Of a stretch of 64,000 nucleotides of DNA, positions 10,463 to 19,900 are shown one piece after another (the stretch's first letter is position 1; every line of letters begins with the position of its first letter). The translations under genes were made by a program, and so were the position numbers. The notes beneath the pieces were generated by a model. That model saw only the letters and a list, made by a program, of their open reading frames with translations, was not told the origin of the DNA and ran no database searches. This stretch comes from Candidatus Woesearchaeota archaeon (lineage in GTDB: Archaea; Nanobdellota; Nanobdellia; Woesearchaeales; WAPY01). The stretch lies in assembly GCA_049700835.1 (NCBI GenBank), contig JBNAUL010000002.1, forward strand, positions 62,001 to 126,000. Reading direction: 5' to 3'.

Positions 10463-10885
10463 TTACTCATACTGCGCTACCAAGTTTCCAAGCCTTGTGT
10501 GGTTCAATCCGTTCTCTTCTATGTAGAAGAATTGCAGGTTATGCTTGTATTTTGTGCCAGCAGTTCCTGATGTTACATTGCATGTGAATGTCTGCGAATT
10601 GCCATCTGTTATATCAACTGAAGTAGGCGTGCATGGGTTCTCAATCGTTAAAACTACATCATTCACACTCATTCCTAAACCATTAGTTATAATTATTGTT
10701 GCGGTTCCATCGCTTGTCAACTTTACATTGCAGCTGAATCCTGTTCCCAAATCACAAATTGTTGGAACATTCCTTCCTGCTCTGAAAACTCCAAAATACG
10801 CTAATGCTGCTGCTGCTGCTATCACAATCAAAATTGCCCAACCATAAGTCATTAAGAACTCCATTGCAGCTTGTGCTTTTTTCAT
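10463..10885 (-). CDS. Type IV pilin-like protein with class III signal peptide
   Basis: MKKA|QAAMEFLMTYGWAILIV: basic leader, +1 Gln, +5 Glu, hydrophobic helix, then Cys-containing beta-rich domain; SD GAGGTGAT. Confidence 0.88.
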   Translation of the reverse strand: MKKAQAAMEFLMTYGWAILIVIAAAAALAYFGVFRAGRNVPTICDLGTGFSCNVKLTSDGTATIIITNGLGMSVNDVVLTIENPCTPTSVDITDGNSQTFTCNVTSGTAGTKYKHNLQFFYIEENGLNHTRLGNLVAQYE

Positions 10886-11178
10886 TAAATCACCTCTTTT
10901 CAAATCTTTTTGTTCTTTTAACAACAGGTTTATACTTAAAAATATTTAATAGTATTTAAATTTTACTTTTTTTTCCATTTTTATATACTTTTATATTAAA
11001 AATTGATTTTATTTTTCTTTGTTTTTTGCATTTGAGTGTGCATTTAAAATTTATAAAAATAACAACTTCCTAATATTTAAAAATAAGAGCTGCTTTTCTA
11101 GTGGTTGTGAATATATAAATCACATTTAAACTCAAATTTAAAATCAAGATTATAAGCAATAAGCAAAGAGGGATAATT

Positions 11179-11814
11179 ATGATGTTGGATGATGAAACAA
11201 GAAAGGAAGTAGAGAAATTATTGTCAAAACTTGAAGATGAAGTTAATATTTTTTATGTTGAAGGGGATTCTCCTTTTAACAGCCAAATAAAGGAATTGCT
11301 TAATGAGTTGGTTTCAATAAATAGGAAACTCTTGTTAAAAACATACAGGAAAGATGATAAGGAATCAAAGGTCTTGGGAGTCAGAGATTCGCCTGCGATT
11401 GTTTTGTTGGGAAAAAACATTAAAGGAAGAATTATCTATTATGGAATTCCTTCTGGATACGAGTTTGCAACATTTTTGGACACAATAATAAAGGCCTCTA
11501 CAAATAATCCTGAGTTAAGTTCAAAAGCAAAGAACTTCTTGGACAACTTAAAGCACCAATTAAGGATTAGCGTTTTTGTAACTCCAACCTGCCCTCACTG
11601 CCCTGTCTCAGCATCAATAGCTTTTAGATTTGCCATTTACTCAGAAAAAGTAATTGGCGAAGTTATTGAATCCTCAGAATTTCCTGAATGGGCTGACAAG
11701 TTCTCTGTAATGGGAGTTCCAAAGACAGTCATTAATGATGATAAAAATAAGAATTATGTAGGGGGTTATCCTGAGGAATTAGCAGTGGATAAGCTAAAAC
11801 AGATGATCATGTAG
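11179..11814 (+). CDS. Protein-disulfide oxidoreductase (two thioredoxin folds; AhpF N-terminal-like)
   Basis: YYGIPSGYEF, VFVTPTCPHCP, VMGVPKTVIN. Confidence 0.9.
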   Translation: MMLDDETRKEVEKLLSKLEDEVNIFYVEGDSPFNSQIKELLNELVSINRKLLLKTYRKDDKESKVLGVRDSPAIVLLGKNIKGRIIYYGIPSGYEFATFLDTIIKASTNNPELSSKAKNFLDNLKHQLRISVFVTPTCPHCPVSASIAFRFAIYSEKVIGEVIESSEFPEWADKFSVMGVPKTVINDDKNKNYVGGYPEELAVDKLKQMIM

Positions 11815-11828
11815 ATAATTAGATGGTT

Positions 11829-12767
11829 TTATTTTCCAAATTCAAGCCTTTTCGCATTGTTTTCAGGAAGATTGTTGTTTAAAATCTTTTCCTGGGTTGT
11901 TTTGTAATCGTACTTTACCCTTATAAAACTGATTTTAAGTTCAGGATTTTTTTTCTTGTCAAACTTTGAATTTTTAATTTCTTTAATTTCGCAAACAACA
12001 TAAGAAGCCATGTTATTGTAATCCCTAGGCTGCCCAACACTTCCTGCATTTAAAATAATTTTGTCATAATCTTTTATTATAATTGTCTCAACGCTTTCTT
12101 GGGGTGTTTCAAGAGAATTATAGCTATAAGCATCAGAAAAGCCATTGTATATTCCATTAGATATTGTTTTTAGTTCTCTGATTATTTTATCTTGGTTCTT
12201 TTTAATTTTATAGTACTGCAATAAAAAGCTGTTGTCTTTTCTATTTATGAACAAAAAAGGGTAGTGGGTGTGTCCTAAAAACAAGATTTTTTTATTAAGG
12301 TTTTCAGCTTGGTTTGAAATTGAAACTAAATCAGGATAAACATACTCAAAAACAGGATCTTCTAAAGAGCCATGAACAATCTTGAACAAATTGTTTTCAT
12401 ACGAAGAAGGAAGTTTTTTTAAGAAATCTCTGTTTTCATCTTTTATGTTTTTATCTGTCCAAAGGATTGAATCAGCAGCATCACTGTTGAACCAAGAAAG
12501 AATTGAAGCGCTAAGTTTTGCAAGAGCATAATCATGGTTTCCCATAACGCTGACAATCTTATTTTTCTTGACAATCTCAATGCACTCATTAGGATTTGGG
12601 CCATAACCGATGATGTCTCCGCAGCAATAAATTTTATTTACATTCCTCTTTTTAATGTTTTCAACAATAGCATTGAGAGCTTCAAGATTTGAGTGTATGT
12701 CTGAGATAACAGCGAACTTGTTGATTTTTCTCATGCCTAAAAACTCTAAAATTTTTTCCAATAACAT
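11829..12767 (-). CDS. Calcineurin-like metallophosphoesterase
   Basis: SDIHSN, GDIIGYGP, GNHD, HGS, GHTH, NAGSVGQPRD. Confidence 0.92.
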   Translation of the reverse strand: MLLEKILEFLGMRKINKFAVISDIHSNLEALNAIVENIKKRNVNKIYCCGDIIGYGPNPNECIEIVKKNKIVSVMGNHDYALAKLSASILSWFNSDAADSILWTDKNIKDENRDFLKKLPSSYENNLFKIVHGSLEDPVFEYVYPDLVSISNQAENLNKKILFLGHTHYPFLFINRKDNSFLLQYYKIKKNQDKIIRELKTISNGIYNGFSDAYSYNSLETPQESVETIIIKDYDKIILNAGSVGQPRDYNNMASYVVCEIKEIKNSKFDKKKNPELKISFIRVKYDYKTTQEKILNNNLPENNAKRLEFGK

Positions 12768-12871
12768 ACATGCTTGTAAAAAAAAAACAAATATATAAAC
12801 TTTCTTGTTTTTATAATATTTTTCTTTATTTTAAAGTGAAAAATATTTTTTATAGCGCAATTAATCTTTAA

Positions 12872-14155
12872 TCAAGTTCCATGGTTCCATGATTTTAAAT
12901 ATTCTCTTTGTTCTCTTGTTGTTTTGTCAATATTTATTCCATTTGCTTTTAGGTAAATTTCTGCTATTTTCTCATCAATATTTTCTGGCAGATTATGAAC
13001 TCTTGCATCCAACCTTTTACCCTTCTTGAACATTTCATAGGCGTATTCAACAGCAAGGGCTTGATTGCAAAAACTCAAATCCATGATAGAACTTGGATGC
13101 CCTTCTGCGCAAGCAAGATTAACCAACCTTCCTTCTCCGCAAAGAAATATACTCTTTGTCTTGTTTTTAAACTTAACAAAGTATTCATCAAACAACGGCC
13201 TTATTCTCTTCTTCGCTAAAGCATTTTTCTCCAAGCTTTTGACATCAATCTCAACATCAAAGTGGCCTGCGTTGGCAAGAATAGCTCCGTCCTTCATTAG
13301 AGCAATGTGTTCGTAACGAATGACATTTTTATTGCCTGTTACAGTTATGAATATGTCTCCTATTTTAGCAGCTTCTCTTAATCTCATAACCCTGAAACCG
13401 TCCATAAATGCCTGCAGGGCTTTAAAATTATCTACTTCTACAACAATAACATTTGCTCCCAAACCTCTTGCCCTTAATGAAACTCCTTTTCCGCAATTTC
13501 CATAACCGCAGACAACAACAGTTTTTCCAGCAAATAGAATGTTGGAGCACCTTATTATTCCGTCTATTGCTGATTGCCCTGTTCCATAAACATTGTCCAT
13601 CAAATTCTTTGTTTTTGATTCATTGACAGCAATTATTGGATACTTTAATCTTTTTTCCCTTTCCATACTTTTTAATCTTATAACACCTGTTGTTGTTTCT
13701 TCGGATCCTGCAATAATGTTTTGAATCAAATCAGAGTGCTTTTCATGGACAGCACTAACTAAATCGCAACCATCGTCTATTGTGAAGTTGGGGCAGAAGC
13801 TTAAAACTCTTTCAATGTTCTTGTAGTATTCCTCTTTTGTTTCTCCTTTCCAAGCAAAAACTCTTACTCCTGATTTTGCCAGCGCAGCAGCAACATCGTC
13901 CTGCGTTGATAATGGATTGCAGCTTGCAACAGAAATTTCTGCTCCTCCTGAAATAAGAGTTTTTGCAAGAACTGCTGTTTCTTTTGTAACATGCAATGCC
14001 ATTCCTATCCTCAGCCCTTTTAGCGGTTTTCTCTTTTCAAAATCCTTTTTTATTCTCATCAACGCTTTCATTTGCAACTCTGCAAATCTTATATTCCTAA
14101 AACCTTGTTCTGCAAGCTTTAAATCCCTGACAGCATATTTTTTTGTTATATTCAT
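12872..14155 (-). CDS. ahcY: Adenosylhomocysteinase
   Basis: SCNPLSTQDD, DDGCDL, EETTTG, DNVYGTGQS, GYGNCGKG, NAGHFDVE, GRLVNLACAEGHP. Confidence 0.97.
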   Translation of the reverse strand: MNITKKYAVRDLKLAEQGFRNIRFAELQMKALMRIKKDFEKRKPLKGLRIGMALHVTKETAVLAKTLISGGAEISVASCNPLSTQDDVAAALAKSGVRVFAWKGETKEEYYKNIERVLSFCPNFTIDDGCDLVSAVHEKHSDLIQNIIAGSEETTTGVIRLKSMEREKRLKYPIIAVNESKTKNLMDNVYGTGQSAIDGIIRCSNILFAGKTVVVCGYGNCGKGVSLRARGLGANVIVVEVDNFKALQAFMDGFRVMRLREAAKIGDIFITVTGNKNVIRYEHIALMKDGAILANAGHFDVEIDVKSLEKNALAKKRIRPLFDEYFVKFKNKTKSIFLCGEGRLVNLACAEGHPSSIMDLSFCNQALAVEYAYEMFKKGKRLDARVHNLPENIDEKIAEIYLKANGINIDKTTREQREYLKSWNHGT

Positions 14156-14220
14156 AAGAAAATCACCAAAAGAACAGAAGGTTTTCTTGTTTAAAAATCT
14201 TTTTGATGTTAAACCAAATA

Positions 14221-14775
14221 TTAAATAAAATTTTCTGCAAATCCAATTATTTTATTTAGTTTATTTTTAATCTTCTTGTTTTTCTTTGAATTGGTTTTTA
14301 GCGTATCAATGAGATTTTGCATTTCAAAACTATAGTTTAAAAGAAGAGGATAAAACTCTTTTTCATCCCCAAATACGCATATTTTAACCAATTGAGAATA
14401 CATCAGAAATTTTAAATATGGATCATTGGCGTTGTTATATATCGCAGTTATTGCAGTTACAATCTTTTTATTGTATTCCTTAAACTGCCTTTTAAACTTA
14501 TTTAATTTATTTTTTATTTTTTTGTCAGGATTTTTGAGTTTTTCAATTTCGTACTCAAATCTTTTTTTAATGTTGAAATACTTTTGGTAAATATCAGAAA
14601 TTTTTTCATATTCAATCCTGACAGGGCTTTTGTTGATTTCATAAATCATTCTCCCATACTCAAAGAGTTCATTGTTTTTCTTTAACTCTTCGATAGAACT
14701 ATTTATTCTGTCTTCTAAACTCAAATTTTCCTCTGTTTTGTTATACTCATTTTTATCCTTATAATATTTTTTCAT
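14221..14775 (-). CDS. Hypothetical helical protein (orphan)
   Basis: 184-aa K/E/N-rich ORF filling the gap between ahcY and the PLD gene; no family recognised; start uncertain. Confidence 0.6.
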   Translation of the reverse strand: MKKYYKDKNEYNKTEENLSLEDRINSSIEELKKNNELFEYGRMIYEINKSPVRIEYEKISDIYQKYFNIKKRFEYEIEKLKNPDKKIKNKLNKFKRQFKEYNKKIVTAITAIYNNANDPYLKFLMYSQLVKICVFGDEKEFYPLLLNYSFEMQNLIDTLKTNSKKNKKIKNKLNKIIGFAENFI

Positions 14776-15025
14776 ATTAAACAGCGCCCCCCGGCACATA
14801 TTTAACAACTATTATTATAAAAAACTTTCTGATTTTTTATTATTTTTTAGTAACTAATCTTATCTTTTAATGCAAAGCCAAAAACAAAAAACATTGGAAG
14901 AAATAAAGGTTAAGCAAAAATTCGGTTTTGAAACAATAGATTCATCTTTATAAATTCGTTTTTTATTTAATCCTATGCAACTTACTTTTTTTCTTATTTC
15001 TGCTTTTGCAGGCAAAAATATTATT

Positions 15026-16114
15026 CTAAGAAGATTTCTTTTTAAGCATAAAAAATTCCTCAGCAAAAGATTTGGCAATTTGAGAATTTTCAATTACAAC
15101 TAAATTTTCAAAATTGCTCAATGCATTATAGCTCGGATTAAAACTTCCTGTGATAACAATATTTTTGTCTATAATAAAAACTTTATGGTGAAGATTGTAA
15201 GGATTTGTGTCATTGAAAAGAATGCCTCTTATGACTTCAGGGCTTCTTGAATAAAATTTTTTTTCAATTATTCCCTCTGCCAAAATACCTTCCTTTATTT
15301 TTTCAGCAATTCTCTCTGCAATGCTGTTGTCAGTGAAACTAAAGGTCATAAAGTAAATGCTTTCCTTTGATTTTTTCAATGTTTCAAGAATTAAATTTCT
15401 GCAATTCTGAAATGGCGAGAAACATATTCTCAAAGAGATGTTGTTTGAAGGATTTTTTATCTCAACATATGAGCTGTTTTTCAAAATTCCTGAAATCTTT
15501 GAACGCTCTCCATTTTCTTTTGGCTCTTTTGGCGCATTAAAATCACTCATATTAATTATGCTCAAAAAATCGTTAAGGTAAAACTCTGCAGCAATTCTTG
15601 ATTTTATTACAATGAGGTTGTTGTTGTTTAGATAAGCATCCCTGTAAGTAGGATTCATGGAACCTGTGATTACCACATTCTCATCCAATATGCAATATTT
15701 GTTGTGCATCACAGAAGAGGTATTAATATGGGTTATGCCATAATACTCTGATTTCAGGTTTTTGATATAAACCCCTACAAAATAGTCGTTCTTTGTCTTC
15801 AAAATTTCGCTGATATTCTCTAAATTGAAATCATAGAATAAACATCTTATGCTACTTGAACCTTTTAACATATTGATTAAAATTTCAGAGCAGTTGTCTC
15901 TTGGGCAGAAATAAGCATATATAGAAATGTTATCTAAAAAATAAATTGGTTTTTTTTCATTTCTGCCATAAGTGGGGTATTGCTTTTCATCATACTGCTT
16001 TCCATACAGATTTGAAGTTATGGTTAAAGAGAAAAGGCATAACAATAAAACAAGCAAATATTTGCAATGTCCTATGAAAAATTTTAAAGATTTTCTCAAA
16101 AATTTATCCTTCAC
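15026..16114 (-). CDS. Secreted/membrane-anchored phospholipase D-superfamily enzyme with two HKD domains
   Basis: N-terminal hydrophobic segment; HNKYCILD...TGSMNPT and HHKVFIID...TGSFNPS. Confidence 0.88.
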   Translation of the reverse strand: MKDKFLRKSLKFFIGHCKYLLVLLLCLFSLTITSNLYGKQYDEKQYPTYGRNEKKPIYFLDNISIYAYFCPRDNCSEILINMLKGSSSIRCLFYDFNLENISEILKTKNDYFVGVYIKNLKSEYYGITHINTSSVMHNKYCILDENVVITGSMNPTYRDAYLNNNNLIVIKSRIAAEFYLNDFLSIINMSDFNAPKEPKENGERSKISGILKNSSYVEIKNPSNNISLRICFSPFQNCRNLILETLKKSKESIYFMTFSFTDNSIAERIAEKIKEGILAEGIIEKKFYSRSPEVIRGILFNDTNPYNLHHKVFIIDKNIVITGSFNPSYNALSNFENLVVIENSQIAKSFAEEFFMLKKKSS

Positions 16115-16183
16115 GCTTTCATTTGTTTTTTTGGAATTATTAAATGCAATCTCTTATTTTAGAATTTTTTTTCAGAAATAAAA

Positions 16184-16858
16184 TCAATGTTCTAGTTTTC
16201 TTATGTAACTTGCTACTGAGAATATTGTTCCTGGATGAAATTCTTCAACTCTGTTGAGGAAAAACCTTATCTCCTTGTCAGGACTATCTCTTTTTGTAAT
16301 CACAAGGTCTCCTATCTCCTTTAGCTGACTATCCCTTAGAACATTCTTTTCTTTAAGAAATCCTTTCAAAGCATTTTTCTCATCTTTAGAATGCTCCTTT
16401 GATAGAATGCAGAACAGGAAACTTTCAGAATCAAGCAAGCACTCCAACGGTTTTATCAAACCTGCTTTTGGTATGTATCCTTTGATGCAAGGTTTTTTTC
16501 CTTCAACTATGCTCTTTATGAACATCGTTGCAGTGTCGTTTGCTGTCCAAGGGATAAAAATCTTTGCAGATTTTTTATAATCGTTTGGTATTTTAAATTT
16601 ATATCTAGAATTGATACGCTTTATTTCATAGTTTCTATTTTCTGCTTTTGCTATTGGTAACACTATTTGCAACAAGGTTTCAAAATCATGGCTTGAATCA
16701 TCAAGAAAAACAAACCTTTCTCTACCTTCAAAAATCTTTTTCTTTCTTAAATTTTTTTTAACCCTTGAACTCAAAACTCTGAGGAAATGTTCTCTACATA
16801 GTGGTCTTGAAAAGCCATATTGTATTTCTGCTTTTTTGTTGCAAATCGAGCATTTCAT
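16184..16858 (-). CDS. Degenerate TtuA/Ncs6 (tRNA 2-thiolase)-like protein
   Basis: N-terminal CxxC...LCxxHF Zn finger, IKPL, LNRVEEFHPGTIFS; PP-loop SGGKDS absent. Confidence 0.65.
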   Translation of the reverse strand: MKCSICNKKAEIQYGFSRPLCREHFLRVLSSRVKKNLRKKKIFEGRERFVFLDDSSHDFETLLQIVLPIAKAENRNYEIKRINSRYKFKIPNDYKKSAKIFIPWTANDTATMFIKSIVEGKKPCIKGYIPKAGLIKPLECLLDSESFLFCILSKEHSKDEKNALKGFLKEKNVLRDSQLKEIGDLVITKRDSPDKEIRFFLNRVEEFHPGTIFSVASYIRKLEH

Positions 16859-16869
16859 TTTTATTTCTT

Positions 16870-17565
16870 CTATTCCAAGTGTTTTTTGAATCTTAAAACT
16901 TTCCATCTTTTTATCAAGGCAAGAATGAGAATGCAAACTCTTGGATTTACAACAATCTTTTCTCCTGATGCTAAGAGCATCGGGATGTCGTTCTTGCCGT
17001 CAGAACAGCTTGCGCTCTTTTCAAGATTAATTCCATTTTTAATTGAGAACTCTTTTATTATGTGGTATTTGTTCCACTTCATTGCATACCTTATTATTTC
17101 AAAGCTTTCTCCGCGCAAAGCTATTTTAGAACTTAAATTGTAATCAACCTTAAGGAATTTTTCAAGGGGCTTCAATATGATGTCAGGGGTTGCACTTATC
17201 ATTACTATTGTATAACCCTCTCTTTTGTAATTATTTATTAATTCAACAGCGTCTTTAAAAATTCTCGGCTTCACTTCCTCCTGCCAAAACCTTTCTATTA
17301 TGTCATTCACTATTTCAGCGCTCTCTCTTTTTCTGAAATACAGATGCATCTTTAAAGTTGAATTGCATTTTATCAGCCCAAGATAGTAGAGCAGTTCATA
17401 AAAAAGCCCTTTTAAGAACATTCTCTTGGATATGAGCCTATTTTTAAGCAGGAATTTCAAGAACAAAACAGGGGTTGAGCCGTCAACTATTGTATGATCA
17501 ACATCAATGAAAAGCGCTTTATTCTTGCCTTTCTTTTCAGCTTTGCTCTTTTGTTCTTTGTTCAT
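16870..17565 (-). CDS. HAD-superfamily subfamily IB hydrolase (SerB-like)
   Basis: FIDVDHT (DxDxT), ISAT, SDGKNDIPML, VVNP. Confidence 0.88.
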   Translation of the reverse strand: MNKEQKSKAEKKGKNKALFIDVDHTIVDGSTPVLFLKFLLKNRLISKRMFLKGLFYELLYYLGLIKCNSTLKMHLYFRKRESAEIVNDIIERFWQEEVKPRIFKDAVELINNYKREGYTIVMISATPDIILKPLEKFLKVDYNLSSKIALRGESFEIIRYAMKWNKYHIIKEFSIKNGINLEKSASCSDGKNDIPMLLASGEKIVVNPRVCILILALIKRWKVLRFKKHLE

Positions 17566-17730
17566 TTAATTTCTGTATTTTTGTTCTGTTTTTAAATTTT
17601 GTTGTAAAACAAAAATAATTATGTTACTACTTTGATATACTCAAATATCGAAAAATTTAAATACTACTTAATATATTCTACTTTATAGTAAAAAATATTT
17701 TACAGGGTTCATTGTCTATCACCTCTTTTT

Positions 17731-17765
17731 CCCAGGGCAAACACAGTAAATGTGTTTGCCATGGG
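17731..17765. other. Strong inverted repeat / hairpin
   Basis: CCCA-G-GGCAAACACA [GTAAA] TGTGTTTGCC-A-TGGG: 14 of 15 stem positions pair; GC-rich inside an AT-rich spacer. Confidence 0.6.
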
Positions 17766-17865
17766 TTTTATGTTAATCTTTTCTTAAAAATTGCAAATTT
17801 GCAAATTAGATAGATTATGCAACTTATTCTGCAAATTTATAATGCAAATTATCAAACCTGATTTT

Positions 17866-19821
17866 CTATTTTGATTTTGCTCGTTTAGAATTCTTGAATT
17901 TAAAGTTCCTTTTGCTTAATAGAGATTTTCTCTTGCAAAGAAAGAGCACTGACAAGAATACTGAGCTTGCAACGAAGATTCCAAGAACTAAACAAAGAAT
18001 AAACGATTCTTGTAGTTTTGAGATTGAAGCGTTCTTTGAGCTGTTTTTTGCCTGAAAGTAGACATCCATGCTGCTGAGTTCAATTGCGTATTCTGCATAC
18101 AGAAGCGAGGAATAAATGTCTGTTTCTTTCAAGGAGTTTGCGTACTCGTAATAGCTGTATGCCATTATTGGAATGACATCTTTTTCAATCTGCGCAGAAA
18201 TGCTCCTCTCTGCAGCGATTAGTTTTTTTTCAAGCAATTTTTTTGTGTCATTATCCTTTATTCCATAATTGCTCAATATTAAATTTAGCTCTGCCTTTGC
18301 CTCGCTTGCTCTGTAAAGGCATTCTTCATAATTTCCAAGAGCGGACTCTGACTCAGCGTCTTTTATTTTGTTTTCAATATTCTTAATAGTAAGAGGAAAT
18401 ATTAAATTTACATACTGCTCCAATTCCTGCGCTTCTCCTATCTTGCTCAAGCAAGAGTCCCTAAGTTTTTGAATATCAATCTCATACTTTTTTCCTTCCA
18501 TTTTCATAAATTCCTGCCAATAATCAGAACTCTTCAGCCTTTCGTTTGCAAATGCTATATTCTCTGCTGCTTTGATTGTGTTGTTTTCCTCGAGGGCTTT
18601 AAATCCTTCATGCAGATGCTCTCTTGCCTCGTACAATCTTTCATTTATTATTAAATATGTCTGAAGCTCGTTTATTGTTTCAAAATTCTTTCTAAGCATA
18701 TTGTTATAGTAATCTATCGAATAACTTAGAAGTTTTGCAGCGCTTTCCAGTTTGTTTTCCTGAAGCAAAAGAATTGTTGATGCCTTGACATTTGCTCCAA
18801 AACAAAAACTTGCGCTTGAATAAAATCTGTTGTTGCGACTTTCCTGAACAGAATTGTTCATTAAATTCATGGTTTCGTTCAATGTTTTTTTAGAATAATT
18901 AAGCAAACTTTGATTTATTTTTCCTAAAACGCTTAGATTTATCTGCTTCAACAATTCCTCTGTCCTGTTGCAAAGCTTTTCAGAGACAATCTTCATAATT
19001 TTATCATATTCTGTTGTGTTCAATTCTTTGTTGTAACCCTTGCTGACATTCTTCCCTGTTAGATAATAGATTGCGTCACTCAGCTCGCTTATAGGTATTA
19101 CTTCTACACCAATATCTCTTCCAAAAGCAATAAGATCCTCTTTCTCCATTGCCTTTTCTCCTTGTTTGATGCTCTCATTTGAATTTTGGATTTTTGTTTT
19201 GTTTGTTTGGTTCAGCACCTGTTCTATTATCTCTTTCTCAACAATGCTCACATTTTGTTCTGAAATGTTTATTATAACATTTTCCAAATCCTCTTCATCA
19301 GAGGAATAAATCTCAATATCAGGTATTAAAACTGTTTTTATTCCGAAATTCTTTGCAGCAGATATTTTTTCCTTTAAGCCCCCAACAGGGCCTATCAGAG
19401 CGCCTGAATTTATTGTTCCTGTCATTGAAATGTTCTCCTTAATTCTTAAACCTGCAAGTTCTATGTAAGTGAGGGCAGCTATTGCACCGCTTGCGCTTGG
19501 TCCTCCAACAATAGGAGCATTAGCCCTTATTACATAAAAGAAATCATACTTTGAACAGTCAATGTTCAGTTCGCTGCAGGCAATGTTCTTTGCAAATCTC
19601 GTTGATATTTGGGTGTCAAGTTTTGTTAGAGGGAATGTTTCCATAAAAACATGCCCTGAACCTGGCTTTACTTCAACATACAAATCAGCTACGCTTCCTT
19701 TTAATGTTCCATTCTCCTCGCTTACAGCAAGGAGTTTTATATAGGACGCGTTTGCAGTTGAGATAATTAAAGAGAGCATTAAAAGCATGAGCCCTGTCCT
19801 GAACAGAAATCTTTTTTTCAT
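17866..19821 (-). CDS. Secreted, membrane-anchored Lon-like (S16) serine protease, ATP-independent
   Basis: Signal peptide, GGPSASGA (Ser), TGTINSGALIGPVGGLKEK (Lys), C-terminal TM; no AAA+ motifs. Confidence 0.9.
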   Translation of the reverse strand: MKKRFLFRTGLMLLMLSLIISTANASYIKLLAVSEENGTLKGSVADLYVEVKPGSGHVFMETFPLTKLDTQISTRFAKNIACSELNIDCSKYDFFYVIRANAPIVGGPSASGAIAALTYIELAGLRIKENISMTGTINSGALIGPVGGLKEKISAAKNFGIKTVLIPDIEIYSSDEEDLENVIINISEQNVSIVEKEIIEQVLNQTNKTKIQNSNESIKQGEKAMEKEDLIAFGRDIGVEVIPISELSDAIYYLTGKNVSKGYNKELNTTEYDKIMKIVSEKLCNRTEELLKQINLSVLGKINQSLLNYSKKTLNETMNLMNNSVQESRNNRFYSSASFCFGANVKASTILLLQENKLESAAKLLSYSIDYYNNMLRKNFETINELQTYLIINERLYEAREHLHEGFKALEENNTIKAAENIAFANERLKSSDYWQEFMKMEGKKYEIDIQKLRDSCLSKIGEAQELEQYVNLIFPLTIKNIENKIKDAESESALGNYEECLYRASEAKAELNLILSNYGIKDNDTKKLLEKKLIAAERSISAQIEKDVIPIMAYSYYEYANSLKETDIYSSLLYAEYAIELSSMDVYFQAKNSSKNASISKLQESFILCLVLGIFVASSVFLSVLFLCKRKSLLSKRNFKFKNSKRAKSK

Positions 19822-19900
19822 TTTCTTTTTTCTATCAACTTTTTTAAATTTTTTTATTTTCTAAAAGTATTTAATCTAAAACTTTTTAATTTTTGTTTTT

